Source of the DNA: Octopus vulgaris
Taxonomy: Eukaryota
DNA: 64,000 bases
Assembly: GCA_951406725.2 (NCBI GenBank)
Contig: OX597823.1
Location: forward strand, 38,936,001-39,000,000
Direction: 5' to 3'
Part shown: in pieces, positions 1 to 15,102 of the stretch
How positions within the stretch are numbered: the stretch's first letter is position 1
Layout: each line of letters starts with the position of its first letter
The notes under the pieces: generated by a model
Databases searched by the model: none
Seen by the model: the letters and a program-made list of their open reading frames with translations, nothing else
Told to the model about the DNA's origin: nothing
Made by a program: the position numbers and the translations under genes

Positions 1-1365
1 AACCACATGGTTCCAGGTTCAGTCCCACTGCATGACACCTTGGGCAAGTGTCCTCTACTATAGCATAGGGCTGTCCAAAGCATTGTGAGCAGATTTGTAG
101 AAGGAAACTGAAAGAAGCCTGTTGTGTGTGTCTGTCCCCCACCATTGTTTAACAGCTGATGTTGGTGTGTTTACATCACTGTAAACTAAGCTTACAAAGA
201 ATAAGTCCTGAGGTCAATTTCTTTGACCAAAACCCTTTAAGGCAATGCACCAGAATGGCCACAGTCAGATGGCCAAAACAAGTAGAAGAATAAAAGAATA
301 CTAGAATGTGTGTGTGTGTGCACATACACACATGCATTGTATGTATGTGTATTTGTATGTATATATGTATGTGTTTGTGCGTACTGTTGACAAGACATCA
401 TGTGATGGTTGTAAATGAGCATCATCTCATCATGCAGGCAAGATTGTTTGTTTCCATTCTTCCATGATAAACATGTCCAGCCAAGGGAAAATATTATCTT
501 GCTTGTTAACAGGTGAGGGTTAGTGGTAGGAAAGGTATCCATCCATAAAAAAATCTACCCCAACCAACTCCATTTGACCCATGCAAGCATAGAAAAGTGG
601 ATATTAAATGATGATGATAATGAGGATAATGATGTAAAAATTTAGAAATGAACAATTGGTGACTCAGTTTGTTAAGTTCTTCCCATCTTTGTTCAATAAA
701 ACCATCTCTTTTTACTTCTTTTTACTTTTTCTTTTGAAATGTGCTTGTTCTAGGGTTGCACACCAAAAAGAATCCATGTTGTTGATATGTAAATACGACC
801 ATAAACTACTCATTTATAATATGTGAAAATGACCGTAAACTAGACATTTATGATATGTTGGAAAGAAAAATCAATGTCAATGTTAAAGACAATAAACCTC
901 TTTATTTTATCGCAGTTAGATTTTTTTATTTTCCAACTACAAATGGATAAATCAGACATTGAATAAAAAATAAATATTTCTATTTTCCAAACATAATACT
1001 TCACACAAATATACAAAGTAAATGCTGAAGTGAATAATAATAAAATGTGATGTGAGAGCCCAGTGGGAATTGAACCCATGTCTCCTTTATTTATGAACTT
1101 TTATACCATTTGTTGTAACAAAAGAAACAGGATTTTATTCCAGTGAGATCCCAGATTTTATTAGCATTCACATTTGCTTTGTGTATCTGTACAAAACAAC
1201 ATTTATAAAAGTGTAAATACATATTTTTTGAAGATCACTATAAAGTCATTTTCACAGTTCTTCGTTTGTTGGACATTCAGATTTTCTCTAAAGTTTATAA
1301 ACTTAAAATTGTCTTAGAACAAGGCAAAAAGCAAATATTTTCTAATACAGAATTAATATATTACT

Positions 1366-1403
<38 letters not shown>

Positions 1404-4400
1404 TGATAATAATGATAATAATAACAACAACAACAGTAATGGTTTCAAATTTTGGCACAAGACCAGCAATTTCAGGGAGGGGGTAAGTCAATGAAATCGA
1501 CCTCAGTGCTCAACTGGTATTTATTTTATCAACCTCGAAAGGATGAAAAATGAAGTCAACCTCGGCAGAATTTGAACTCAGAATGTAAAGACAGACAAAA
1601 TACCACTGAAGCACTCTGCCAGGCATGCCAACAATTCTGCCAGCTCGTTGCCTTTTCTTTAATATTGGTTTCAATATTAAACCAGCCAGATCTGGCCTCT
1701 CACACCTTCTCTACAACATCATTCCAAAAAATAAACAATCGCATCATCAAAATCTCAAAGCTAATGGGTTAATCACCATCAGAAGAAAAGCTTGCAAGAC
1801 TATTGAATAGCTCCTGTAAAGTAGCTCTGATATTTATTTCACACAAACACACAAATATTTAATTATCTTATGAACTTCATTAGCTTACAGCTGTTTCTGC
1901 TTTAAGATACAATGGACTCATAGTTCTGTGCCTGGATAACACCTTATAGATTCGTTGAAGCCTTAAATATGAAGTGCAGTTTATTTGGGAAAGAATTACA
2001 TTTGTGCATATGTAGAGAAAAGTATTATCAATGAGAAAATTAATACAGATGTGTATTAAAAAAAAAGTGCATGTCCAAAAGGTAATTAGATGTACAAGTA
2101 GAAATATATATGATTCACCATGATAGATCACTAGCCACTACACATTCCTTATTTTCTCTCCTTGTTTCTTTCTGTGGAAGAGCGTAGGCTCAAAATGTTA
2201 AAGACTTTTTCACTTCCCGAGCATTATACTAATACATCTGTTTATTGTCTACACCACCTGTCTTCGTCTTTTGTTGTTTTTTTTTTGTAAATTCTTCCCC
2301 TAGAAATATATATATATATATACACACACACATACACAGAGAGGGGTGGAGTAAAGAGGCTAAGAATGTATTAGTGATAGTCATTATATTACAACTATGA
2401 CACAAGGGGAAAATATATTTCTAACAGAGGAAAAAATTGTTTTAATCCTAAAGCCAAGTGAACTTAGAGAACTGGTGTTCATCTCAGTTTCCTTATCATT
2501 ACAAATACAAAAGACATGTATCACTTGGGATAGATTGCTTCAATGTTGCAGATCTATTTTCATACAGTTCTATTGGAATTTATAGTCCAGACCAGAAACC
2601 ATCCATCAAACAATACCCTATGATCATGTTCATCCTTCAACTGGTTTAAAATGATCTCTCTTTTTTTGCCTGGACAGAAGCAAGTTCCAAGGTGATCTAT
2701 ACAGAGATTTGAAATGCAAAATCTTAAAACACAAAACTTAGTTTTAACAAATATCGATTCTAGCATTCTTAACACAGCACAGATATAGTAGCTTAAATAA
2801 CATTTCTTAAATTTTGCTCCCCAATCCAATCATCTCAGTTGAATTTCAACATAAATTCAATTACAAGTGTACAAATATACTCCACTAAAACTAATCGAGG
2901 CAACTCAATAGAATGTCATACAAAAGATCTATTCAGAGAGGAAAAGAATTTCAATGTAAGAACTAAAAGTTACAAATCACAAAGAAATATTACAGTAAAG
3001 TTGACAATTCACCTCTCTTTGCTCTTGCATCTTTTTTCAAGGTGCAGCCAGACAGACAGGCAGTCAGTTAGGCAACACTCAATACAAAGAATAGGTGTTG
3101 AGCAGCAAGAGTAATAAAAAAAGACTTGTATCATTGTCCTATTCACAGAAATAGTGGTGCTGTGATTAATGTAAAGAGGTGCAGCCGCCATCTGTAGACA
3201 CAACATGTGGTAGTGCAGCAATTAGTTAAGTGTTTTTGGCAGTGTAGGCTGCAATCCAATATAATTTCTTGAAAAAACAATTAAAAAGAAAATTTATAAA
3301 ATAAAATAAAATAAAAGCAGTAAAGTCAGTGTAAAGCTTTATAGAATGTATAAATGAGATATTAGTGAGTGTATAGTGTCACCAAACATTATAAAAGCCA
3401 AACTGAAAAGGTTGTGTAAGTATGTGGCATGTATGAGTGTGTACAGATGTGTGATATAAAGAGAGAGAGGGTGTGTGTGTGTGTGAGTGTAGATGAAAGG
3501 GGTAGGGGAGGACCTGTCTACAAAGAAAATCTTAGAAAATCAAGATTTTTTGTGTCTTGTAACTTTGTTAATTTTTTTATTTATATTTTTTTTTATAATT
3601 TTATTTTAATCGTTTCCAGGTATTTATTGGGTTTTCTCCAGCTGTCTATTTTGCATGTTGGCAATAGAAGAGATGAGTCAAATGGTAAGGAAACAAAGCA
3701 ACTGGTTTATAGAGCAGCCAGTACACTTGGAAACGAAATCATTCTAATTGCCATCATTAAAGAGAGAAGAAAGAAAGAAATGAAAGAAAGAGAACACAAA
3801 AAAGTGAGCAGAAAAGAAATGAAATAGAATTAACAACAACCACCACCACCACCACTTTAAAGTCACATGAAATAAAGCCAGGAAGACAATCAGCAGACAG
3901 TTATCTACCACCATAACTGTTACCATCTTTCAGGATTCTTTCTTCAACTTACAAATCCTACTTTGCTATTTTATTATAACAACAACATATTAACATTTCA
4001 TTACTTATTTCAGATAATTTTCAAAGATTTTATGATTAGATATACAAAAGTAAAAAATAAAAAAAAAAAAAAAAATGACCATCCCTCCTCCTCCTCCTTT
4101 TATTCCACCCCATCCCTGAATCATATTCTATTTTATTAAATTAAATTTTTTTTTATTAAAATCGAGGAAAAGCAGTTGTAAATCAACTGATGTCATCTAG
4201 TTAATAAATGGATCTTATACAATGCCAATCTACTTCAATAATGTCCTAAAATATTTTTTTTTTAAGAAGTCAATAAAAAAAGTTCTTTTTACAACACTCC
4301 ATCTGATTGGCTGATGTTATATGGATACAGAAAAGTCCTTGATCTTCTGCACCTGCTAGAAAAAAGGCTGCTGGCAGGATTCTTTTTGATTGTAAAAGCC

Positions 4401-5499
4401 TAAAAAAAAAAATACTAACCTTTGTGTTTGAAATCATCACACTTTACTTTCTAAGCCCTTTCAAAGTTTACAACTGCCTTTGGCATTTGAAACTGTTACA
4501 TACAATAGACAGATAAAGTAGCCTAAATACAACTACACCCCAATCTCCTTTTCTTCTTACCCTGTTAGTATGTTTTATATACAATGAACACCTGCAATAT
4601 AGTAGTAAATTATTGCTATATACACATCTTGATAACAGAGATGAAATCAAGGAATTAATAAAAGAAAATATTGACATTTAGGACAATTTTCCTCCTGTTT
4701 GGTCATAGACAAATCTAGTAATGGGTAAGTCTAGCCTAGCCTGTATAGTGTTTTGTTTTTAGGCAAAGGTATATGCAAATTTCTTTGCATATATTCTAGA
4801 GAGTTTTGAACTGAAAAAAAAAAAACCCAACTTTTTTTTAAATTTCAGGTAAAAGGCATAACTTACACTAATTGCTTCTTTTTATCAAAGAAGATATACT
4901 TACAAACCAATACAAATCACAATGAAAAATTACTAGACAGATAATTAAAAGAGCATGTTTCTTACATGATTAAACAAGTCAAAATTATATCAGATATGCA
5001 AAATCTTTTCAGGAAAATAATATTAGTTCTAAACAAATTTCTTTATTTCCACAATAAGTATACAAAACAACTTTAGACAGGTTTTATTCAGTTGGAAGTC
5101 TACAACTGAAGACTTCATGACATACAGAAGCATTAGGGATCAAATAAAAACATAAGCACACAGAAATGTATATTGGTAGGTGTAAAGAGAATTAACCCTT
5201 GCATTACCATATTTCTGTTGAAAGACTACTTTTGTTTCAAATAATTTTAAAAATAATGAAAAATTGAATAGAATAACTTTGCCAACATGGAACAAGGATG
5301 TTAAACAATGATGATGATGACGATTAAGCTGGTGTGCGAGACATATCATATTTACACAAGTATCACTATCAGGTTTCCCTAAGCTCTTGAGCACATTGGG
5401 CAGTAAGTTGACACCACTGGTTTCTGCTGGCTGTGTTTTGTTTTTTCTAAATCTGTCTATACAATATTGGCCTTTTTCATGTTGGTTATGAATATTTTG

Positions 5500-6115
5500 T
5501 GCCAAGTAGTTTTTGGTCTCCTTCTCTATTTATTTCCTGCTGGTGGTGTCCATTTCAAAGCTGTTTTAGAATGGTGTTATTTTGATAACCAAAGTATATG
5601 ACCTGCTAGTTTCAATTTTCATTCTGTGACAATTTTTGCTAAGTGATTTTGTGTTGGCTCTCTTTAGAACATCTTCATTACTTATGTGGTCTTGCAGTGT
5701 GTTCTTAGAATCCTCCTCAAGCATCTTTGATGGAAAACATTTAGCTTTCTGTTGTTTTCTCAGTGCTCCTCCATGTCTCATTGATATAGAGAACTGTTGG
5801 TAGAACTATGGTATTATAGAGCTGAATCTTTGTGTGTAAGCTGATTGGAATATGGCTGTAGTTTTGCCATTTCCATGATTGATGCTAGTCTCAATATCAC
5901 CATTGTTACTGAGGATGCTCCCCAGATAAGTGAATCTGTAAACTGTCTTCATATTTTGCTAACTGATCTTTAGAATTGTTGTTGTTTGACAATCATCAGT
6001 TCTGATGTTCATTGTTTTGGTCTTCCCTACACCGATTTTCAGACCAATCATTCCTGCATTTTGTCCTAGTTCTGATGTAAGCCATTGTAGGTTCTTATCA
6101 TCTTCAGCAAGCAAG
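5500..6115 (-). mobile_element. RTE-like LINE RT C-terminal fragment
   Basis: Minus-strand FTYLGSI (~5910-5935) and QDHISNEDVLKRA; decayed. Confidence 0.65.
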
Positions 6116-9100
6116 TATAATTTGCGCTATTTTATATATGATTGTAACTAGATAAAACTGGAGTATGACACTCATGGGCAAGGCTAAAATTGTGAAGGAA
6201 AAAATTTTTTAACAAGATTTACTATTAAATTAGAAGTGTGACATAAGCACAAAAATAGATACAGTAAACATGAAGTTTTAATGGAAGTTTTTAGTTTAGA
6301 TCACTTTAAAACAAGTAATTTGTATCATAGCACCAAAAGCAATCTCAGGTGGGTTGGTACCATAAAGGTTAATGAAAAATTAAATCATTATACTTTTAAT
6401 TTAGTAAATGAGGAGTTTGCAGAATAATTTAATGTTTCATCAAGAAGTACTAAGTTTAATTATAATTACCATATCTTCACTCAACGGTCTCATTATTATC
6501 ACTGTTTCAACCAGGCTGTCAGATGTTCTTATACACCACTGGTCATAATGTGCTTCCAATTCGTTCTTGATTGCACCCTTTTTTCCCATCTTGGCCTAAA
6601 TTCTTTAACTGAATCATATTCCCATTGTTGTAGAGGCCTTCTAAGTGACCTTTTCCAATTTCTTGGATGCTACTCACGAGCTGCATGGGTTCACCTGTTG
6701 GCTGCAAACCTTGCAAACTTAGGCTTTCAGTATTCAACAATCACATCATTCACTCTGCTTCATTTTCATATCACAAAGATATCACTGGCATGAATCTTTC
6801 TATCATAGCTTTTTGTGTTGTAGCCAATCAATGTTTCTCCCTCTTTATAGTGGCCCATGTCTCATTTCCATATAAGTTATTATAACAAGGGATATTTTTC
6901 AAACTCTTAAATCTATGCTTCCAAATCTCCAAAGACATCCTGTTCTAAAGTTTGAAACACCATTAGTTAACTCCAAAACATTCAGCTCACTTAACATAAA
7001 CATACAAGCAACCATAACTCATACAAATGGACAAAGGAACCTCTACATGGTTACTTAAAGACAAAAATAGCAGCCAAACTTACCTTACCATCTTAAAAAG
7101 GGAAGAATGTATTAAAGAACACAGTCCTAGATACATGTGTTTAAATGAAAACAAAGAAGTTGAATATGGCTAAAATGATCTGATCATAGATCAGAACATT
7201 TGATGAGGATTAACCAAGGGCTAAACAACAACAACACTTATAGAATAAAGTACATTTCTGGAGAGAAAGTGTTTAGAACATCCAACAACACTAAGTTGGG
7301 AGTTTTCCAAAGTAATTTCTGCTGACCTACCCATACTTCAACATTGCTGAGATGTTACAACAATACTTTATTATATTCCAGCTTCCCAGAATCAATAGAA
7401 ACCAATATCTACAGTTACCAGACTGATAATACTAGAGTACAACTGATATAAAGAGGTATTATTTGTATTATAAAGAGATGGTGGTGGTTGTGGTGTTGGT
7501 GTTGATGATGATGATGATGAGAATGGTGGCAGTAGGAGTAGCTGAAGTAATGATGATTTATAATGGTGATACTGGTAGATGACGAAGTGCCAGTGGTGGT
7601 AGTGATGATGATGATGATAAAGAAAACCCTAGCACAATGGTGATAGTGATGGTGATGAATCATTGATTCAAATGGTTTGGGTACTGTTTGCTGCCACTCA
7701 CCAGAAGTTCAAAGGTTTCATTTGATCTCATTAGAAATTTCTAAAACATAATTTTTCTATTTAAAACATTCTCGTTTCCAAATTTCATTTCAAATTTAAT
7801 TGCAGGATGAATGGAACCAACAACAAAATTCTTTCAACTTGTTCTCATAACAAAAGTTTCTTTTTTTTTTTTTAAATGTTTGTTAAACTCATTAAGTTGA
7901 CAACATTTTATACAATGACTTCAACTGTAAACAAACAATTAGAAAATCAGATTTGGTCAAAAAGAAACAAAAACAACATTAATAAGTGACTTCACTTCAA
8001 TTGGAAAGTTTATTGCATTGTGTGTGTGTGTTGACAAATTCTTTACTCCACAATAACCCTTTTATTTCCAACTGGGTGTCACGCAGCTGCACTATCTTAA
8101 GTGGGAGGAAAACACCGCAATATGGCAGCTGTCAGAAAAACAGAGCAGACTGCCCTATTTCTGAATGATTTTTCAAGTTACCAAAAGTTTAGCATTCCAT
8201 ATTATTGACAGAGATGCCATCTTTTGGGTAGGAAATTCAAGAACAAAGCCAGTTCTACTGTTACGAAATATAGTTATGATCATCAATTGGAAAGAGTGAC
8301 TAATGCACAGACAGGCATTATTTTCAGATGTTATCAATTAGAGTGACATGTAGAAAGTGTATGCATGAATGCATGCATGTATGCACTTACACACACAAAG
8401 AATGACAGAGGAACAATGGTCAGCTCCTGAAAAAGACATGGGATGAGAGGAGAGGCAGTCAATCCAGCTGGTATGAATGAATACTAGTTAGGATCCTTAA
8501 AGACTTGATTTTAAGGCCATGTCCTTTGACCCAAAGTGGTTAAGGGGAGCAAATGGCAGCCATTCAAATGGCAGCCCTGACTGCATCCATTCAAGGTGGA
8601 GAGAGGAGTGGAAAACAATAACAAACAAGAATAGGAATTTGAAAATTATTTTGAACAAGAGAATCGTTCCCAACATTTTAGACTTGGGCAAAAAAGGATA
8701 TAACCAAATGTACATGTGAGTAAGAAGTGAGAAATGTAAGAGTAGCACAAAATGATCCTGAATAATTACATCAGGGAGAGAAATCACAGCAAGATGGAGA
8801 GAAGGGAACGAGAGATTGAGAGGGAAGGAGAATCAGTTTGTAAAAGAGAGCCACACACACAAACGGACATTAAAATCTACACACTCCAACGTCTGGCTCA
8901 CAGACAAGCTGTCTCCTCACTCTGCTTTTCTACTGCTACTACCTCCCTCCTCCCATCATTGATTTTGTGTCTCCTCCCACACTAACCCTGTCTCTCAGTC
9001 CTTTCTCTCCAGAATCTGAACATTGGAATTCCCACCCTGTCCATGTTTGTTTGTCCAGCAACCAGCAACTTGCAATTGTTCCAGACGAACATTAGTCACG

Positions 9101-12034
9101 TCAATCTCACCAGTCTCAGACTCCCCCCCCCCACCCTATCCATCTGCCAGACAAAAACCAATAACAACAAAACCAAAAAAAATGCGCATTGATTATTAAT
9201 TGGTTTTATGTCCTGTTATTGGATGGTTACCTTATGCAGCCAATGATATGTCGTAGCTTGCTGAGATGGTATAGAGTTTCTGATGATTTTGGATGATTTA
9301 TGATGAAGCAGACTGTAAACATGTGGGAAGGAAAGCCAATAACATGACAACGATGATGATGATGATAATGAAGAAGGTGATGGTAATGATGATAATGATG
9401 ACGGTGATGGTGATGATGATAATGATGGTGATGATGTCAAAGTAACCTTATTAGAAATCACAATCACTATATTAGTTTGTGTTCAAGTAGTTCTATATGA
9501 CAGTAGGTTACAGCTGATTGACAGGCAGGCAAGAGTGATTGTTTATGTCACATTAACCCTGGACCATTCTTGATCCATCACCATTGTGTAACTATATCTT
9601 GGATTGTTCACTAAAAATGGTGACTGGTAGTCTTCATAGTGACTCTGACAGAGATAGCTGACAAAGTATATCTAGTAACTGCTCAGTAGTAGTTTTAATG
9701 AGAAGTGGTGCATTCATGACAGAAATATTAGTTTCAAATTTTGGCACTAGGGCAGTAATTTTTTTGGTGGGGCAGGGGTAAGTTGATTACATTGACTCCA
9801 AAGTTCTGCTGGTACTTATTTTTATTGACCCTGAAAGGATGAAGGGTAAAGTCAACCTCGGTGGAATTTGAACTCAAAACGTAAAGACAGACGAAATACC
9901 ACTAAGCATTTTGGCTGGTGTGCCAATGATTCTGCCAGCTTATCATCTTGTTTTTGAGAATAATATTAAAACCTGTTTTATATTAGCAAGTAATACTTTT
10001 AAAACCAGCCCACCTCTGATTCTATTCATCAAAACCTCTTATCATCATCATCATCATCATTGTTTTAACATTTATTTTTCCATACCAGCATAGGTCAGAC
10101 AGAAGGCAGATTTTCTACATCCAGATGCTCTTGCTGTTGCCAACTCTCACCTGTTTCTAGTCAAGGTAATATGTTTCTGCAGGATATTGGAAATGAATGA
10201 CACTGCTTGTATGACAGTGTCACTCTTTACAACCACCACACCATGTCAAGACTAGTAAAAAACACAAAGAAACAAACACTCACACACACATACATACTCT
10301 TTCTCTCTATTTCTCTTTCTATCTATCATCATCTGTTTTCCATGCTAGCATGGGATGGATGGTTTGACATGAGCTAGCAAGCGAGAGGACTGTACTAAAC
10401 TCAACTCTCAGCTTTAGCATGGTTTCTACAATTGGATGCCCTTCCTAGTGCCAACCACTTTACAGTGTTTACTGAGTACTTTTAGCATGGCACCAACAGA
10501 GTCACCAAGTAACTTGCAAGACAAAGATCCCTTGGCTTGGATAGGGAGTAGCATTGAGAGAGGTGGTTTTGTGCCAGTTGATGAGAAGTTGAAAAGTATA
10601 ATAGAGGGATAGAGATGTCTTGCTATAGAAGAGATGATACACTGCAACACCAATTAGAAAAGAAAGGAGAGAGAGAGAGAGATGGTGGTGGTAATGTGTC
10701 AGGACACAACTTCAAGGTACTGTGTGTGCGTGGGGGATGAAGGGTAGTTGTTTTTTGGTTTCTATCTACCAAATCCACTCAGGGTGCCATGCAATGGGGC
10801 TGAACCCAATGTCATGTGATTGAGAAGCAAATTTTATAACTACACAACCATACCAGTACATCTTGTATTCATAATGAAATTAAACCCTGACCAACACTAT
10901 TTTATAGAAGAACCTTTTTTAAAGTTATAACCAAGGCAGCAGTACATTTCATTAACGGTTATGAAAGTACAATTAATCAAGAACTTAATATCACTTCATT
11001 TGACCTGAAACTATATCTCTTCTCCTCACCACTTTTCTTTAATTGTCATTTTGAGTTATGTCCCTTGTCTTTGTTTGGCTTCCTTACAAATTGTTCACCA
11101 ATGTTTACCTCAATACTGTCATAGAGTTGTCTGATTCAAATTATCATGCATACTACGTTAGCATTTATGTACTTCACTGTTACTGTCCACTAACAGTGGT
11201 AGTTTGACAGTCTATATTATTAAAGTAATACATTTAGCTACCACCAGAAAATCCTCATGAAGGAATCAAACATATTCCATTGACTTTTTTTCTTGTTTAG
11301 ATGTCAGCAAATGTTAAAATGATGATGAAGATGACATCCTTCAAGGAACCAAACTATTAAGCCACCAAAACATATCTCCAAGACTAGCCCTTCACAAAGA
11401 TGTTACAATCCTCTTCTAGGGCTGATTGGGTTTGCTTGAGATGTTGTTTACAAGCAATAATATTTTAAAGAGGCAGCTGTGCCATTGTTACCAGGTTTTG
11501 AAAAAAGAGAACAATTTGCCTTGGGCTTGATTAGTAATAAGCATTTAATTTACTCAATGCTGCCAATACATGTTTACACATAAGCAGCAGCAGTCTGTCT
11601 GTTGTGAGATGATTACAGCAGTTACCATGAATTAGTTGTCAGTAAATGCATTATGTGATCCAGCAAAATTTCATAGGAATAAGGACTTTTACACAATGAC
11701 TGAGGTCACCCCACCTGTCTATACTGCAGCCACCACTGAGACCACCTCACCTGTCTCTACTACAGCTATCACCAGACACTTCTGTCCACATATTAACCTC
11801 ACTGAATAACAACAAGAAAATGGAGGGAAGATGTTGTCAGTGCCATATTACATTTCACATAACTTGTCATTGTGTGACAGGTTGTGTCTTGTGATTTCAG
11901 GCTGCACTGGATCTCTTATATGCTTGTTTTATACCTGCAAGAGTGTAAGTATGTGTCAAGTGAGGAGTACAAATGTGTGTGTGTGTGTAAATTTGTGTGT
12001 CATTTTTCATAGAAAGCACATAATTTTCTACAGT

Positions 12035-12067
<33 letters not shown>

Positions 12068-13469
12068 AACAGAAAGGTATGCAGATATTTTAAAAATAGA
12101 TTTAGAGAGGTATTGAGTATGAATGTATGTAGAAGCTGAGTGAAAATATATGTAAATGCTGAGTATGAATATCTAGCTGTACGTGTGTATGTTTCTACCC
12201 TTGTTTGTGACATTACAAGATGACAGAAAATGGGTATCATTGTCATCGTTCATTCAAGCAAGGTTCTTTCTTTTCAGTTTTTCCAGACAAATATGTCAAG
12301 CTAAGGGAAAATATTACCTTGTTTGGAAACAGGCAGGAGTTGGCTACAAGAAAGGCATTTAACTGTAGAAAACCTGTCTCAACAAGTTCTATCTAACTCA
12401 TGCAAGTATAGAAAAGTGGATGTAAAATTATAATAATGTGTGTTTGTGTATTGAAAGTGAAGGGAAGTACTGAAGGCTGATCTCAAAATGCAGAGTCTTG
12501 CAAAAGATATGACAGAGGACCGAGATATGTGGTGCGTTGCTGATGAAGACCCACCCACCACAACATGATTGAGATCCTAAAACCAAGGTGCCATATAAAA
12601 AGCATTGTTGTTGGTGCCATGTAGAAAGCACCCAGTACACTCTGTAAAATGATTGGCACTAGGAAGAGCATCCAGTCATAGGAACCAAGCCAAAACAGAC
12701 TTAGAACCTCGTGTGGCCCCTTGCCTTGCCATATCTTGTCAAGCTGTCCAACGCATTCCAGCAAGGAAAACAGATGTTAAATGTTGATGATGATGTACAG
12801 GTTGAATATAATGGAGGTAGAGTATAAATATATACTAATTTTCATCATTTAACATCCCTGTTTCTAAGCTAACATGAGGTAGATGATTTGACATGAACTG
12901 CTGAGCCACAAGACTGCACTAAGTTCCAATACTTGCTTTGGCAAGGTTTCTATAGCTCTTCCTTATGCCAACCACTTCACAGAGTGTACTGAGTGCTTTT
13001 TACATGGCACCAGCACTAGTGAAGTCACCAAGCACCTGCAAGATAAGTCTCTTTGAGTGAATAAGGTACAGTATAAAAAGATGGGGTGGAGGGCAGCATA
13101 AATATATTGCACAGACTGAGTGCTGTATGAATGTGTGCTAGGAGAAAATGTCTACAAACATACACCTATTTGCAGTTGCATAAGATTAAAGTTAAGTGTA
13201 TATATGTGAACAAGTGTGTATATATTTGTGCCTGTGTATATGAGTGTGCTTGTGTTTGTGTGTATATTCATGTGTGTTTCTATGCATGTATGAGAGTTTT
13301 GTGTAGAGGTGTCTAAGTAATCTTGATTAATGGAGACTATCAATTAATGTTCTGCTTCGTTTTTTTTATTTTCATTCTTTTTGGAATGGTAAGTTGTAAA
13401 GATATTCATGAGATAGAGATAAGTGCTTTAGTTTTTTTTTGTTCATTTCCCATTAACACCCAGCTTAAA

Positions 13470-13550
13470 TGCACATGCATGCAGATGCAAATGCACACAT
13501 AACACGTGCACATGCATGCAGATGCAAATGCACACATAACACGTGCACAT
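13470..13550. repeat. 37-bp tandem duplication
   Basis: tgcacatgcatgcagatgcaaatgcacacataacacg x2. Confidence 0.85.
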
Positions 13551-14084
13551 ACAGAAGATAATCATAGGTAATTACATTGCAGTACAGACAAACCAAAAAT
13601 GACATACAGCAGCAATATACATCAAAAAACATAGACACACATAGAAATATGTATAGTAAAATAAAGAAACATATCCACATAGACACACATGTATACATGA
13701 ATATCTCATCAGGGATATAAAAAAAATCACAGGTGTATAACAGAGACAGGAAATCCTTTACATACACAAAAATATATAAAAACAAGAGAAAACATATTCA
13801 TACACTGAGACATTACAACATATTCAAATTTACATCCAACCACACAATAATTAATGAGTAGAGTTGCATAAGTACATGCATTTGTAATATTAAACAACTT
13901 CTTTTTCTCCTCTAAATATTAATGAAACTAAATGATTATTAAAGTTAAGTTTGGAGAGAGAGAAAAATCAAATATAGAAAAATGTTACAGATCAACAAAA
14001 TGCACATGTGCAATGTGTGTGTGTATATATATGCATGTATACATATTATAATATATGCACACACACACACACATATATATACAA

Positions 14085-15102
14085 CATTTCTCTGTTTTTT
14101 CCATCCTTGTTTTCGTATACATTTGCTGCTTTCTTCCAAGGAATCTAGTGATCTTAGCTTAGTTTTTTTGAGGCTGGCTATATTGGAACAATATCAAGTA
14201 TAACCAGCCAAAATTGCAAAGATAATCTGGAACTCGACTGAAGAAAGAAAACTCCAAATGACCTGTCCTTGTTTTTTTGTATCATCTGTCTGGATGTTTT
14301 GTGTTCTTGTCCCATTTTTGGTATTCCTTTTTATATAAATATAGTGGCGTACGTACACTTTGGTCTCTTATATGTAAGTCCATACATATATATCTAAATT
14401 TTGTACGACTATTATTCTTTCAATCTTTCCTTCTTTCTATCAGCCCCTTCACACTTACTTTGTTATTTCCCCTCTTCTTTCTTTTGTTCCCCCTCTTTCA
14501 CATTTCCTAGCTTTCTCTTCATATTCACCTTCACTCTGTCCCACTTCTTTTTTCCTCGTCCCTCCCTAATTCTTCTATCCCTCTGCATCTACCTCTCTCT
14601 CTTCTCTCTCCATGTGACTGGTGTTCAACCAAGCCTGACCTTTCTTTCTTGGTTCCACTACCATCTGTGCAACATCTCTATTCCTCCTTATGCTTGTCAT
14701 CTCTTCTGTCCTTGCTGTAAGGCTTCACTTCCACACACGCCAGCTTAATTTGATTTGTCCTTAGTCGAAAGACGCCTGTTGTTAATGTCTTTTATTTGTA
14801 TTTGTGTACCATTTCTCCGTTTTTCCATCCTTGTTTTCATATACATTCACTGCATTCTTCCACATACTCTAGTGCTCTTAGCTTAGTTTTTCTTTGGGGC
14901 TGGCCAGATTGAAGCAATCTTGAGTATAACCAGCTGAAATTGCAAAGATAACCTGGAACTTGACTGAAGAAAGAAAACTCCAAATGACCTGTCCTTGTTT
15001 TCTTTTTTTTGTATCGTCTGTCTGGATGTTTTGTTGTCCCTTTTTTGTATCATCTGTCTGGATGTTTTGCATCCTTGTCCCATTTTTGATATTCCTTTAT
15101 AT
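14085..15102 (+). repeat. Direct repeat pair (~250-290 bp; 14085-14337 and 14810-15102), possible PLE pseudo-LTR relic
   Basis: Shared ttgcaaagataa.ctggaact.gactgaagaaagaaaactccaaatgacctgtccttg; flanked by TA/CA microsatellites. Confidence 0.7.

Noticed and set aside
1054-1086. tRNA-like T-arm on the minus strand (atgggttcaattcccac)
   Set aside because: No D-arm, anticodon arm or acceptor stem; likely a SINE head fragment.
8440-9120. Possible old LINE remnant; similar stretches at ~28800-29350 and ~31250-31600
   Set aside because: Too decayed to support with a motif.
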